Below, in pieces: positions 10,457 to 22,225 of a stretch of DNA of 64,000 nt (positions are counted from its first letter, which is position 1; each line of letters begins with the position of its first letter). Origin of the DNA: Candidatus Poribacteria bacterium (GTDB taxonomy: Bacteria; Poribacteria; WGA-4E; WGA-3G); assembly GCA_965205015.1 (NCBI GenBank), contig OZ242029.1:1568001-1632000 (forward strand), in the 5' to 3' direction. The notes beneath the pieces are model-generated. The model ran no database searches and was not told the origin of the DNA. It worked only from the letters and a program-made list of their open reading frames with translations. The translations under genes were made by a program, and so were the position numbers.

Positions 10457-12205
10457 CTATCGGCTTTCGAGTGCATCGCTATCAACTGTCGGTTGATGGA
10501 AACCGTTGATCCCTGATTGCTGACGGCTTCTTTCAAGTCTCTGGCGTAGTTCAGCGTTGTTTGGTTCAAGAAGGATCGCTTGCTCCAAAGTTTGCAGAGC
10601 TTTCTGTTTCAAGCCTTTCCCGAGATAAGCGTCAGCGAGGTGCAAGAGAATTTCAGGGGCATCGGGTAGATAGTGGAGAGCCTGCTCCAGATTTTCTATA
10701 GCGGCATCAAGTTTCCCCTGTTTAAAGTAGATGAGTCCTAAGCTATCAAGATATGCTCCAGATTTCGGTACGCTTTTGAGTGCTCGGCGAACCAAAGCTG
10801 CGGCTTCATCTAAATTAATACCTTGTTCTGCATAGAGATATCCTAATGCGTTGTAGGCATCCGGCAATTCTTCTTCAGTAGATAACTCGATTGCTCGGCG
10901 AAGATAGATTTCCGCGCGTTTCACATCGTCTTGCATTTGATACGCCATTCCTATACCGGAGAGTGCGGGGACATATTTATCATTGACAGATAGAATCTTC
11001 GTGAAAGTTTGTACGGCTTTCCGGGGAACATTGAATTTGAGGTAAATTTGCCCGAGAGTGTAGCGTGCTTCTTGGATGCGGTTCGCTAATTCAATGCGCT
11101 CACTACTTCTGGTCCGGAAACCGGTGCGGGTGCGTTTTGCCCGTTCCTCCAGCAAATTAATGACACGCGTGATATGGAATTCAGATCGATCAAAATTATT
11201 TTGTGCCTGATATGCGAGGCCAATGCCGTGATGTGCTTCAATTTCAACTTCATTGACATTACGCGTAGTGCGCCCCCTTATACCATTAGTTTCCGACTGT
11301 CCTTCGAGCGGTGACAAAACGGAGAGGAACGTCTTTATCGCTGCAGGATAATCACCTGTTTGAAGATAAAGCTGCCCAAGCCGATTTCGAGCACTTTTTT
11401 GTTCGGGACGAATGGTGACAACTCTTTCATAGGACTGTAAAGCCTCATCAAGCCGATTTTGACTTCTATAGAGTTCGGCAAGTTCCCTATAATATCGGTC
11501 ATCATAAGGAATAATGCGTGTAAGTGCTTTGAAGGAGGTAATGGCAAGTTCAGTATCGCCGAGATCCCGTGCCATACTACCCAGGTAGCGGTAAGCCCTA
11601 TCATGGTCGGGATCTAACTCAACCACGCGGTTTAGAAGGTCAAACATCTTCTTTTGTGAGACATTGGGTATTCTACCACTTCTGTTCCGTTCCATATTAT
11701 AAATGAATCGGTTCGTCACTACTTGGGCAAGCACCCATGTTGCTTTTACATTTTCAGGATTAAGTTTAATGGCTATTGTAGCATCCTCTTCCGCACCTGT
11801 GGGATCTTGCAGTTTAGGAAACCGAAGTGACGCACGCTCGGCATAAATAAAACTTATCTCTCGGTCAGATAGAAGTCCGTTTTCGAGGATCGTAGTGGAT
11901 CCATCAATTTCCTCGATCAAGGCATCATAGAGAGCTTTGCTTTTCGGGATGCTGCGTTCCCCCGTTCTGTAGTATGCCGCCCACATCAGATTGGTATAGA
12001 GTTTTGCTATGTAGGTCATCTCCGTATTTAATCCTGTATCAGCATCAGAGAGTATCACCAATTCAGGGGTTTCCCCGCCCGTTTGCGCTTGCAAATTGGA
12101 GCCCGGAGGAAGACATATTGTGATTAAAACAAGGATCGAGATCCCTATGGATATGTTGCTCCGTTGGAGCAAAGGGCTTCCTTCTTGACAGGTAAAATAT
12201 TTCAT
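10457..12205 (-). CDS. Tetratricopeptide repeat protein, exported
   Basis: Multiple TPRs (AYNALGYLYA, YLDSLGLIYFKQG, LLHLADAY) and an N-terminal hydrophobic segment. Confidence 0.88.
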   Translation of the reverse strand: MKYFTCQEGSPLLQRSNISIGISILVLITICLPPGSNLQAQTGGETPELVILSDADTGLNTEMTYIAKLYTNLMWAAYYRTGERSIPKSKALYDALIEEIDGSTTILENGLLSDREISFIYAERASLRFPKLQDPTGAEEDATIAIKLNPENVKATWVLAQVVTNRFIYNMERNRSGRIPNVSQKKMFDLLNRVVELDPDHDRAYRYLGSMARDLGDTELAITSFKALTRIIPYDDRYYRELAELYRSQNRLDEALQSYERVVTIRPEQKSARNRLGQLYLQTGDYPAAIKTFLSVLSPLEGQSETNGIRGRTTRNVNEVEIEAHHGIGLAYQAQNNFDRSEFHITRVINLLEERAKRTRTGFRTRSSERIELANRIQEARYTLGQIYLKFNVPRKAVQTFTKILSVNDKYVPALSGIGMAYQMQDDVKRAEIYLRRAIELSTEEELPDAYNALGYLYAEQGINLDEAAALVRRALKSVPKSGAYLDSLGLIYFKQGKLDAAIENLEQALHYLPDAPEILLHLADAYLGKGLKQKALQTLEQAILLEPNNAELRQRLERSRQQSGINGFHQPTVDSDALESR

Positions 12206-12226
12206 TTGATCCGCCTCATTTAGTTT

Positions 12227-12380
12227 ATAGTTGTCAGTACGGATTTTCTACGACAATCCTTTCAGTGGTCAGTCTTCAGTTAAGAGGGTTTCTGGTAACA
12301 ATCTTCCGACGTGTTGGAATACGCCAAGTTTTGGGTGAATTGTTACCGAACACCTCTTGTAACTGATAACTGATAACTAC
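12227..12380. repeat. Family H palindromic repeat overlapping the gyrA stop codon
   Basis: TCAG heptamers, AAGAGG...GGTAACAAT...ATTGTTACC...CCTCTT, (CTGATAA)n. Near-identical inverted copy at 39198-39343. Confidence 0.85.
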
Positions 12381-14911
12381 TCCAGTAGGGAGGATGAGAG
12401 TTCGATTTTGGCTGCGTCAACAAGTTTTTCGTCTGCTTGGAGTGCCATGATTCGCACGCCTTGGGTGTTCCGTCCGATACGTCGAATGTCACCGACCGCC
12501 GTCCGAGTGATATATCCATTTGAACTAATGAGAACAAGTTCATCAGCATTTGCGACGCGTTTTGCAGCGACGACCGCCCCATTTCGAGCAGATTTCCCGA
12601 TGGCGATAATGCCTTTTCCACCGCGTTTCTGAGAACGATATGCAGAGACTGCTGTCCGCTTACCGTACCCATTTTCTGTAACAATTAACAAAGTATCGTC
12701 TTCTCTGGAAGTGGCGGTTTCTTCTTCTGTTTCCGATGTCTCATTTTTAACAATAACCATTTGCGCAACGAAATCTTCCTCGCTGAGTTCTATTCCACGT
12801 ACACCTCGTGTGTTGCGTCCAAGAGGTCTCGCATCTTTTTCACTGAAACGAATAGCAACCCCTTTGTGGGTGACAAGAATGACATCGGCATTGCCGTCTG
12901 TTACTTGTGCCCCGATAAGTTTATCATCATCGCCGAGATTAACGGCGATAATACCACTCGACAGCGTGTTCTCGAAACTGGAAAGCTCTGTCTTTTTGAC
13001 AATACCTTGCTGCGTTGCCATGAAAACGAATGCATCCGCTGCGACCTCGCCGGCGTCTGCCCCCTGTACGGGCGAGGTTACCTCGCCCCTACGACTTAAG
13101 GTTTTGGGAGGGACTGTAACATAGGCTGTGATATTCTCGCCTTGTGATAAGCGGAGTAGGTTGACGACTGCGCGTCCGGCTGATTGGCGACTGGCTTCAG
13201 GAATTTGATGGACTTTTAGTGTATAACATTTGCCTAAATCTGTGAAGAACAAAATGTTCTGATGAGCAGTGGCGACAAAGATGTGTTCCAAAAAATCGCC
13301 ATCTTTTCGTGTAGCTCCCCGAATCCCAACGCCACCGCGATGCTGCTTCCGATAGGTGTCCATGGGAAGCCGTTTAATGTAACCCGCGTGGGATAGTGTG
13401 ACGACCATCTCTTCGTCAGCAATGAGATCTTCGACTTCAAATTCCTTGACTTCACCCGTAATTTCGGTGCGCCGCGCATCCCCATATTTCTCTTTAAGAG
13501 TTTCGAGTTCTGTTCGGATAATATCCGTTACCAACGTTTCGTCGGCAAGAATTGCGCGAAATTCGGCGATATGATCAAGGAGTTCTGTATATTCATCATG
13601 GATTCGCAGGCGTTCGAGTCCTGTCAGCTGCCGGAGCGTCATCGTGAGAATTTCTCTCGCTTGCTCCTGACTGAGTTGATAGGTCTCACGGAGTTCCGCT
13701 TCTGCTGCTTGTGGCGAGTCTGCCGTTTGAACGAGTTCTATGATTGCCTCGAGATTTTGCAGTGCCAGAAGGTATCCTTCTAAAATGTGATTTCTACGTT
13801 CAGCACGTGTGAGTTCAAATTGCGTCCGCCGCCGCACCACATCCCTGCGATGCTCGAGATAGTGTCTGAGGATTTCCTCAAGCGTCAGGACCTTCGGGAG
13901 CCCCTCCACAAGGCAGAGAAGGTTTGCACTGAAGTTCGTCTGCATCTGCGTGTGTTTATACAACTGATTCAGGATAACCTGTGCAATTTCACCGCGTTTG
14001 AGGGGTATAACGATGCGAATTTCCTCGTCTGACTCGTCTCGGATATCGGCGATTCCAGTAATGGTTTTGCTGACGACCAAGTCATACATCCGTTGTAACA
14101 GTTGATTTTTCTTTACCTGATACGGAATCTCGGTTATGACGATTTGCTCTCGGTCTCCTCCGCGCCCCGAAATTCTTTCTATGACTGCTTTCGCTCGGAT
14201 AGTGATGCTTCCTTTACCTGTAGTGTACATCTGCTGGATACCAGGGGTGCCAACAATAATACCTGCAGTAGGGAAGTCGGGCCCAAGGATGTGTTCCATG
14301 AGAACTTCTGAAGTGGCATCTGGATCCGTGAGTTGATGAAGTAGCGCGTCAACAACCTCAGTGAGGTTGTGCGGCGGTATTCGGGTCAGGTAACCCACAC
14401 CTATACCTGTTGTGCCATTGACGAGCAAATTCGGTAGTAGGCCCGGAAGGACTGTCGGTTCTTCGAGAGAGTCTTTATAATTCGGCTGAAAGTCAACGAC
14501 CTGCTTTTCAATGTCAGTGAGCATCTCACTGGCAATAACATCAAGCCGGCATTCCGTATAACGCATCGCACCCGGTGGGTCGTCGTCAATACTTCCGAAG
14601 TTACCCTGTCCGTCTATTAACGGATAGCGTATACTAAACTCTTGTGCTAAACCAACGAGCGTGCCGTAAATGGGACCATCACCGTGTGGATGATAGTTTT
14701 TCATCACCTCCCCGACAACAGCAGCGCATTTGTCATAAGGTCGGTTTGCAGTAAGATTTATCTGTCCCATCGCGTAGATAATTCGACGGGTACTCGGTTT
14801 GAGGCCATCGCGCACATCAGGGATCGCACGATTGGTGTTGACGCTCATTGCATAGGTAAGATACGATGTCGTCAGTTCGTTTTCTATATTGCGTTCTTGG
14901 ATGTTTTCCAT
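12377..14911 (-). CDS. gyrA: DNA gyrase subunit A
   Basis: DGLKP, YHPHGD, AMRYTE catalytic Tyr, GyrA-box-like QHRGGVG and QKRGGKG in the beta-pinwheel CTD. Confidence 0.97.
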   Translation of the reverse strand: MENIQERNIENELTTSYLTYAMSVNTNRAIPDVRDGLKPSTRRIIYAMGQINLTANRPYDKCAAVVGEVMKNYHPHGDGPIYGTLVGLAQEFSIRYPLIDGQGNFGSIDDDPPGAMRYTECRLDVIASEMLTDIEKQVVDFQPNYKDSLEEPTVLPGLLPNLLVNGTTGIGVGYLTRIPPHNLTEVVDALLHQLTDPDATSEVLMEHILGPDFPTAGIIVGTPGIQQMYTTGKGSITIRAKAVIERISGRGGDREQIVITEIPYQVKKNQLLQRMYDLVVSKTITGIADIRDESDEEIRIVIPLKRGEIAQVILNQLYKHTQMQTNFSANLLCLVEGLPKVLTLEEILRHYLEHRRDVVRRRTQFELTRAERRNHILEGYLLALQNLEAIIELVQTADSPQAAEAELRETYQLSQEQAREILTMTLRQLTGLERLRIHDEYTELLDHIAEFRAILADETLVTDIIRTELETLKEKYGDARRTEITGEVKEFEVEDLIADEEMVVTLSHAGYIKRLPMDTYRKQHRGGVGIRGATRKDGDFLEHIFVATAHQNILFFTDLGKCYTLKVHQIPEASRQSAGRAVVNLLRLSQGENITAYVTVPPKTLSRRGEVTSPVQGADAGEVAADAFVFMATQQGIVKKTELSSFENTLSSGIIAVNLGDDDKLIGAQVTDGNADVILVTHKGVAIRFSEKDARPLGRNTRGVRGIELSEEDFVAQMVIVKNETSETEEETATSREDDTLLIVTENGYGKRTAVSAYRSQKRGGKGIIAIGKSARNGAVVAAKRVANADELVLISSNGYITRTAVGDIRRIGRNTQGVRIMALQADEKLVDAAKIELSSSLLE
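13066..13092 (-). repeat. GTAG-type REP hairpin in frame inside gyrA
   Basis: GTAGGGGCGAGGTAACCTCGCCCGTAC on the minus strand, encoding RRGEVTSPV. Confidence 0.75.
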
Positions 14912-14968
14912 ATTTTTAACTATGGTCCTCTGGCCACCATGTACGATAGCCGATCTTTTTTTAAAAAA

Positions 14969-17485
<2,517 letters not shown>

Positions 17486-17672
17486 TTATGGTCCCTCGCT
17501 ATAAATGACCCTAACGGGTATGGTTTGCTTTGTAGTGAGAATTTTTAGTGGAGTTGGTACCCGTTTGTTGGAAAATTCCGTGTGTACCCCCTTACAAGTA
17601 CGTTACTTAACGTAATTAAGAGGAACGTTAGCAGGATCGCTAACGATTGCGTTTCCTCTTAGTGGTAAAGGT

Positions 17673-17702
17673 ATTATATCACTTTTTGGTGCTTTTTGTC
17701 AA
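17673..17702 (-). promoter_or_regulatory. sigma70 promoter of gyrB
   Basis: TTGACA-N18-TATAAT on the minus strand. Confidence 0.7.
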
Positions 17703-17768
17703 GGAAAAAGATGAACTTTTTCGCACGATACACGCGAGGCGAACCCAAATCTAAAGCGTTAGGAATTG

Positions 17769-18281
17769 TCAAGGTTTGTCCTTGCTTTGTGTCGTGAATA
17801 ATTGCCACAAAGATGCTTTTAGTTGAGGGTCAGACACGCTTGTGAGAGTTTGCTCAATTTTTTCTAGCTGGTCGGGTGTTACTTCTTGGTGGGTGTTACA
17901 GATGGTAGAATCTTCTTCTGATGTTTCTGGACTTGAGGGCGGGTCTTCAATTTTATGAAGTTCTGCCGTGTGAACTTGGTGTATTTCTATCCGAAGGTCG
18001 GTGAGAACGGGTTGTCCTAACTCAGCGTTTATGTCGGCTAAAATCCCCGGTTTATTGAGCAGGAGGCTCGATTTATAAGCGGGATATTCTGTGTAAATCT
18101 TCAGGATGCCATTTGACAACGATACGGGTACGGTGTTTGTAGCGAGTGGCGCAAGGTGTTTGTCCCCGCTGAGATATTCTCGCCAGAGAACAAAAACTTT
18201 GTGCTCAAGCACCTTAGGCTTAAAGTCGTCGGTTTCCATGAGTTCGGCAAGAAGATGATGTAAGTTTTGGCTTTTGTCCAT
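17769..18281 (-). CDS. DUF721 / DciA family replicative helicase loader
   Basis: VFVLWREY...LATNTVPVSLSNGILKI...ILADINAELGQPVLTDLRI; canonical position between recF and gyrB. Confidence 0.75.
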   Translation of the reverse strand: MDKSQNLHHLLAELMETDDFKPKVLEHKVFVLWREYLSGDKHLAPLATNTVPVSLSNGILKIYTEYPAYKSSLLLNKPGILADINAELGQPVLTDLRIEIHQVHTAELHKIEDPPSSPETSEEDSTICNTHQEVTPDQLEKIEQTLTSVSDPQLKASLWQLFTTQSKDKP

Positions 18282-18323
18282 TTTTTAAACTATTGACTTC
18301 TGAACGTGCTGTCCAGGGACCAA

Positions 18324-19622
18324 TTATTTAAAATTAATTTCGGGTGCGTGATGTATCTGGGCATTCTCTACTGTTAAGACGTTTGGTTGGTTCAGGTGAT
18401 GCACAAGCGGTTCAGCATGGGTCGCGGTAATGAAGGTTTGCGCACTCAAATTTTGGAGGACGTTTAATAGGTACTCTGTCCGCTTGTAATCTAATTCTGA
18501 GGTGACGTCGTCCAGAAGGACGATCGGATCCTGCTTGGTTACGGCTCGGATTAACTCTAATTCTGCCAGTTTAAGTGCTAATGCTATCGTCCGTTGTTGG
18601 CCCTGGGACCCGTAAGCTCGCGCTCCCTCTCGAAATATTCTAATTTCAGATCTTGGGAGTAGATTTTGGCTTTCGGACTGTTCCTTGTCCGCCTCGTTAG
18701 CGTCTGTGCCTTCCAAACCAGGGCTGGGTGTTGCAGGCACGTTCTCCAATTCGATGAGGAAATCGTCGCGATGTGGTCCGATGAGGGTTGTTCCTCTTTG
18801 TAGATCAGCACCACGCGATGCGTTTAAAGCTGCGTCGAAATGCTTTTCTATCTCGGTTTCGGTTTTGGCTTCAAGGAACCCAACCTCTGGCTCGTCTATT
18901 GGATTTTCGGCATCTTCATCCGCATTACGTATTAATGCGGAGCAATACGTCAATGCCAAGTTTTCTTTACCACCGGTGAGTTTTTGGTGGTTTTGCATGG
19001 CGTAGGATTTTAATTCGTGAAAAATTTCTAAACGCTTTATGATAATTGCAGTACCATGTGTAATTAAAAGTTTGTCCCAGACATCCAATTGGACCGTATC
19101 GACGAACGTCGTGCGAATTTGTTTAAGGAGTTCGTTCCGTTGCTTGAGAACCAGTCTGTATTTCTGCAAATTTTTTAGGTAGATATTGTCGATTTGTGAA
19201 ATGAGCAAGTCCAAAAACCTTCGGCGTTCTGCAGGTCCGCCCTTCACCAATATTAATGATTCTGGTGAGAAGAGCACTGCATTAAACTGCCCAATCCATT
19301 CAGAACGTTTCGTTTGAAGCACTCCATTCTTTTTCAGTTTAAACTGCCCACGCGCGCGCTTCATCGCTTCAAGCGACATCACGTCGTTACTCCTATTTCC
19401 CAGCGTTCCTTTCAAATAAAATCCTGCTTCGTTGTGCCGAATGAGTTCACCATCGCGAGTTGCTCGGTGCGATTCAGCAGTACAAAGGAAATAAATTGCT
19501 TCAAGTAGACTCGTTTTCCCTTGCGCGTTGCCGCCAATAATTAGATTGACGGGCGTGGAAAAACTCACCTCACAATCGACATAGTTTCGAAAGTTGCGGA
19601 GAACAATATGATTGAGCAGCAT
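18324..19622 (-). CDS. recF: DNA replication/repair protein RecF
   Basis: NFRNY, Walker A GGNAQGKTS, GGPAERRRFLD, GPHRDD, GSQGQQR, LLDD; ATG at 19622 (alternative TTG at 19640). Confidence 0.95.
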   Translation of the reverse strand: MLLNHIVLRNFRNYVDCEVSFSTPVNLIIGGNAQGKTSLLEAIYFLCTAESHRATRDGELIRHNEAGFYLKGTLGNRSNDVMSLEAMKRARGQFKLKKNGVLQTKRSEWIGQFNAVLFSPESLILVKGGPAERRRFLDLLISQIDNIYLKNLQKYRLVLKQRNELLKQIRTTFVDTVQLDVWDKLLITHGTAIIIKRLEIFHELKSYAMQNHQKLTGGKENLALTYCSALIRNADEDAENPIDEPEVGFLEAKTETEIEKHFDAALNASRGADLQRGTTLIGPHRDDFLIELENVPATPSPGLEGTDANEADKEQSESQNLLPRSEIRIFREGARAYGSQGQQRTIALALKLAELELIRAVTKQDPIVLLDDVTSELDYKRTEYLLNVLQNLSAQTFITATHAEPLVHHLNQPNVLTVENAQIHHAPEINFK

Positions 19623-19820
19623 ATTTGTTTTATATTCCAAACAGGTAAATAAATCGTTGTTGCAAAGTTAGGAAACTGTATCTGCTGAGAGAAAGGAAAG
19701 TTGTACGTATTGTCTTATTAAAACATTTATCTATTTGTGTTAACCAATTTAACTTTTGATTCTTATTGAAAATTTTTTCTTCCTGCTTAACAATTTTTTC
19801 TTTTCTTGGCGATTTCTGAG

Positions 19821-20083
19821 TTATCCACAATTCTAATATTAGTACTAATTACGATATATATATTAAATTGTAGTAGTAGTAGTAGGGGCTGTGGATAAGT
19901 GGATAACTCGCTTAAACCCTTGTGGCCATTGACTTTAGCCTGTGGATAACCTGTGGATAACTTTTTGACTTATCCACAGGTTATCCACAATTTTTTTAAA
20001 TTTCTGACTTATCCACAATTTATCCACAATTTATCCACAATGAATAACGGAGTTATCCACAGGTTATCCACAGGTTATCCACA
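19821..20083. other. Chromosomal replication origin oriC
   Basis: 12 perfect TTATCCACA boxes (starts 19821, 19890, 19941, 19952, 19970, 19981, 20009, 20020, 20031, 20053, 20064, 20075), (TAG)5 DnaA-trios at 19871-19885, adjacent AT-rich stretch, directly downstream of dnaA. Confidence 0.95.
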
Positions 20084-20168
20084 GGTTTAAGGTGCTTCAT
20101 AAGGCTAAAAAAGGGATGATTTAGCGTTGAAAAGTGGAAATTCGGGACGATAGGCCTCGCGGATTAAG

Positions 20169-21566
20169 TTAACGGAATTGGTCGAGTAATAGGATAATCA
20201 CTTGTCGATCTTCGCCATTTTCCTCAATAATTTTTTCTATTTGTCTACAGGCATGGAGGACAGTGGTATGATCTTCCCTATTAAATGCTTGGGCTATATT
20301 TGAATATGACAGTTGCGTCAGTTCTCTGCACATGTACATAGCGATCTGACGCGGTTGCACCAATTCCTTTGTGCGTTTCTGAGAGACGAGATCCTCTGTT
20401 TCGATTCCGAAGTAATCGGCGACGGCTATTTGTATGGCTCTGGATGTAGCCGTTTTTCGGTGTCGGATGGGGGCAGGGGTCCCGAAATCACTCAGCACCT
20501 GCCGCGCGAATTCCAGGGTCAAATCTTCTTTGAGGATTGTGGCTTGCGCGATGAGTCTTGTAAGCGTTCCCTCAAGTTCTCGAATATTGGTGGTGACGAC
20601 TTCGGCGAGGTAACTGAGTACATCATCAGAGAGGTTTTCTAATCCTTGGTCTCGGCATTTCTGCCGGAGAATAGCGATACGTATTTCATATTGTGGCATG
20701 CTGATTTCGGCGACCATGCCTGATTGAAACCGAGATTGAAGGCGTTCTTCAAGGTTCACGAGGTTGTCTGGTGTCCGGTCGCTGGTCATGACTATCTGGT
20801 TTTGATGCATGTGAAGGGCATTGAAGGTATTAAAAAACTCCTCTTGTGTTCCCTCCTTGGCTTGTAAGAACTGTATATCATCAATCAGGAGCATATCTGC
20901 GGTTCGGTATTTCGCCCGGAATCCTTGCGCCGATCCGCGGTTGACGATGGACTCGATGTACTCGTTCATAAAGGTTTCTGATGTGACGTAGAGGACTTTC
21001 TTATCGGGTTGGTTTGCTAAGAGTCGGTTCCCAATTGCGTGTAGCAGGTGGGTTTTCCCCAATCCCACGCCGCCATAAATAAAGAGCGGGTTATAGTCAT
21101 GTCCGGGATTTTCCGAAACGGCTATGGCTGTGGCGTGACAAATCATATTGCTGGAACCAACAATGAATCTATCGAACCGATAGGTAGGATTCAATCCCGT
21201 CTCATTCTGTGTTGGTGGAATGGAGGCGTGCGTATCGGATGTCTGTCTTGAATTAGGCAATTGGTTAAGATTCTCTGTGTTCTGCGTTCTCCCAAAGTCT
21301 TCGCTGTCTTCCGAGGTCGGTTCGTCTACAGTAAGAATGAGGGCACATTGTGCCCCGATGAGTGTTGCTAATACACGTTGAATATCGGCACGAAAACGCT
21401 CCTCAATCCTTGCACGCGTGTATGCAGAAGGGACAGCTATATTTAGTGCCTCTGCTGTAATTGACAGCGGGACGGCTTGGTGAAGATAGACATCCTGCCT
21501 CGCTGTATCGCTGAGTTTTTCTAATATTTCCAGCCAGATTTCATTTGGGGTGTGCCGCATGAGCAT
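20169..21566 (-). CDS. dnaA: Chromosomal replication initiator DnaA
   Basis: YNPLFIYGGVGLGKTHLL, LLIDDIQF, TQEEFFNTFN, NIRELEG, RQIAMYMCRELT, DHTTVLHA. Confidence 0.98.
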   Translation of the reverse strand: MLMRHTPNEIWLEILEKLSDTARQDVYLHQAVPLSITAEALNIAVPSAYTRARIEERFRADIQRVLATLIGAQCALILTVDEPTSEDSEDFGRTQNTENLNQLPNSRQTSDTHASIPPTQNETGLNPTYRFDRFIVGSSNMICHATAIAVSENPGHDYNPLFIYGGVGLGKTHLLHAIGNRLLANQPDKKVLYVTSETFMNEYIESIVNRGSAQGFRAKYRTADMLLIDDIQFLQAKEGTQEEFFNTFNALHMHQNQIVMTSDRTPDNLVNLEERLQSRFQSGMVAEISMPQYEIRIAILRQKCRDQGLENLSDDVLSYLAEVVTTNIRELEGTLTRLIAQATILKEDLTLEFARQVLSDFGTPAPIRHRKTATSRAIQIAVADYFGIETEDLVSQKRTKELVQPRQIAMYMCRELTQLSYSNIAQAFNREDHTTVLHACRQIEKIIEENGEDRQVIILLLDQFR

Positions 21567-21636
21567 ATTTCCTGTAAGAACCTATGATACAATCATGATG
21601 CCATTCTTATGAAAAAAATCATTATTTATAAAAAAT

Positions 21637-21665
21637 ATCATACCATTATATTCCAGAAATGTCAA
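21637..21665 (-). promoter_or_regulatory. sigma70 promoter of dnaA
   Basis: TTGACA-N17-TATGAT on the minus strand. Confidence 0.65.
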
Positions 21666-21789
21666 CATTTTTTGTAGAAGACTTTTTTAGATTTGTAATT
21701 TATGGGGCAACTCCTGCTGACAAAATATTCTGGACTGAAATCGAAATTTTATCAAGTTAGTTCTTTGTTAAGCAAGCGGTACAAAAAAT

Positions 21790-21818
21790 TTGACAAATAT
21801 CCATAAATAGGGTATCAT
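21790..21818 (+). promoter_or_regulatory. sigma70 promoter of rpmH
   Basis: TTGACA-N17-TATCAT. Confidence 0.7.
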
Positions 21819-21867
21819 TTTAAAGCCACGCGTAAAATCATTCGTTAGTAAAAGGAAAATTAAAAAC

Positions 21868-22002
21868 ATGAAGCGTACCTATCAACCGCATCGTCGGAAA
21901 CGGAAAAATAAACTGGGCTTCCGTAAACGGATGTCCACCCGGCATGGAAGGCAAACGATTTCGCGCCGTCGCGCGAAGGGACGGAAAGTCCTGAGTGCCT
22001 GA
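21868..22002 (+). CDS. rpmH: 50S ribosomal protein L34
   Basis: Manual translation [44 protein letters not shown]; divergent from dnaA. Confidence 0.97.
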   Translation: MKRTYQPHRRKRKNKLGFRKRMSTRHGRQTISRRRAKGRKVLSA

Positions 22003-22080
22003 AAAAAGACTTTATAGCATACTTCGCATGAAAGGGACAGTCAGGTATTTGGCGGTTGCTTTTTCTTTCCTCGTTGTGGA

Positions 22081-22225
22081 ACCGTAATCCGTAATGAAAT
22101 GGAGGGGTTTTGCTTGGTGTTTTTTGCTTGGGTGTTTCTGCGTATTTCTGCGTATTTCTTCAGATTCGAGGAAGGCGCGTCAAAATTGAGACCCACGTTG
22201 TTCTCCCGCAAGGTGAAATTAAAAA
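22081..22225 (+). repeat. Leader repeat (family L) abutting ispH ATG
   Basis: CCGTAATGAAATGGAG, an inverted AATACGCAGAAACACCCAAGCAAAA module, then CCGCAAGGTGAAATTAAAAA-ATG. Confidence 0.8.

Noticed and set aside
19941-20083. Regularly spaced direct repeats as a CRISPR array or plasmid iterons
   Set aside because: The units are 9-bp DnaA boxes with mostly 2-bp gaps next to dnaA; no unique spacers or cas genes
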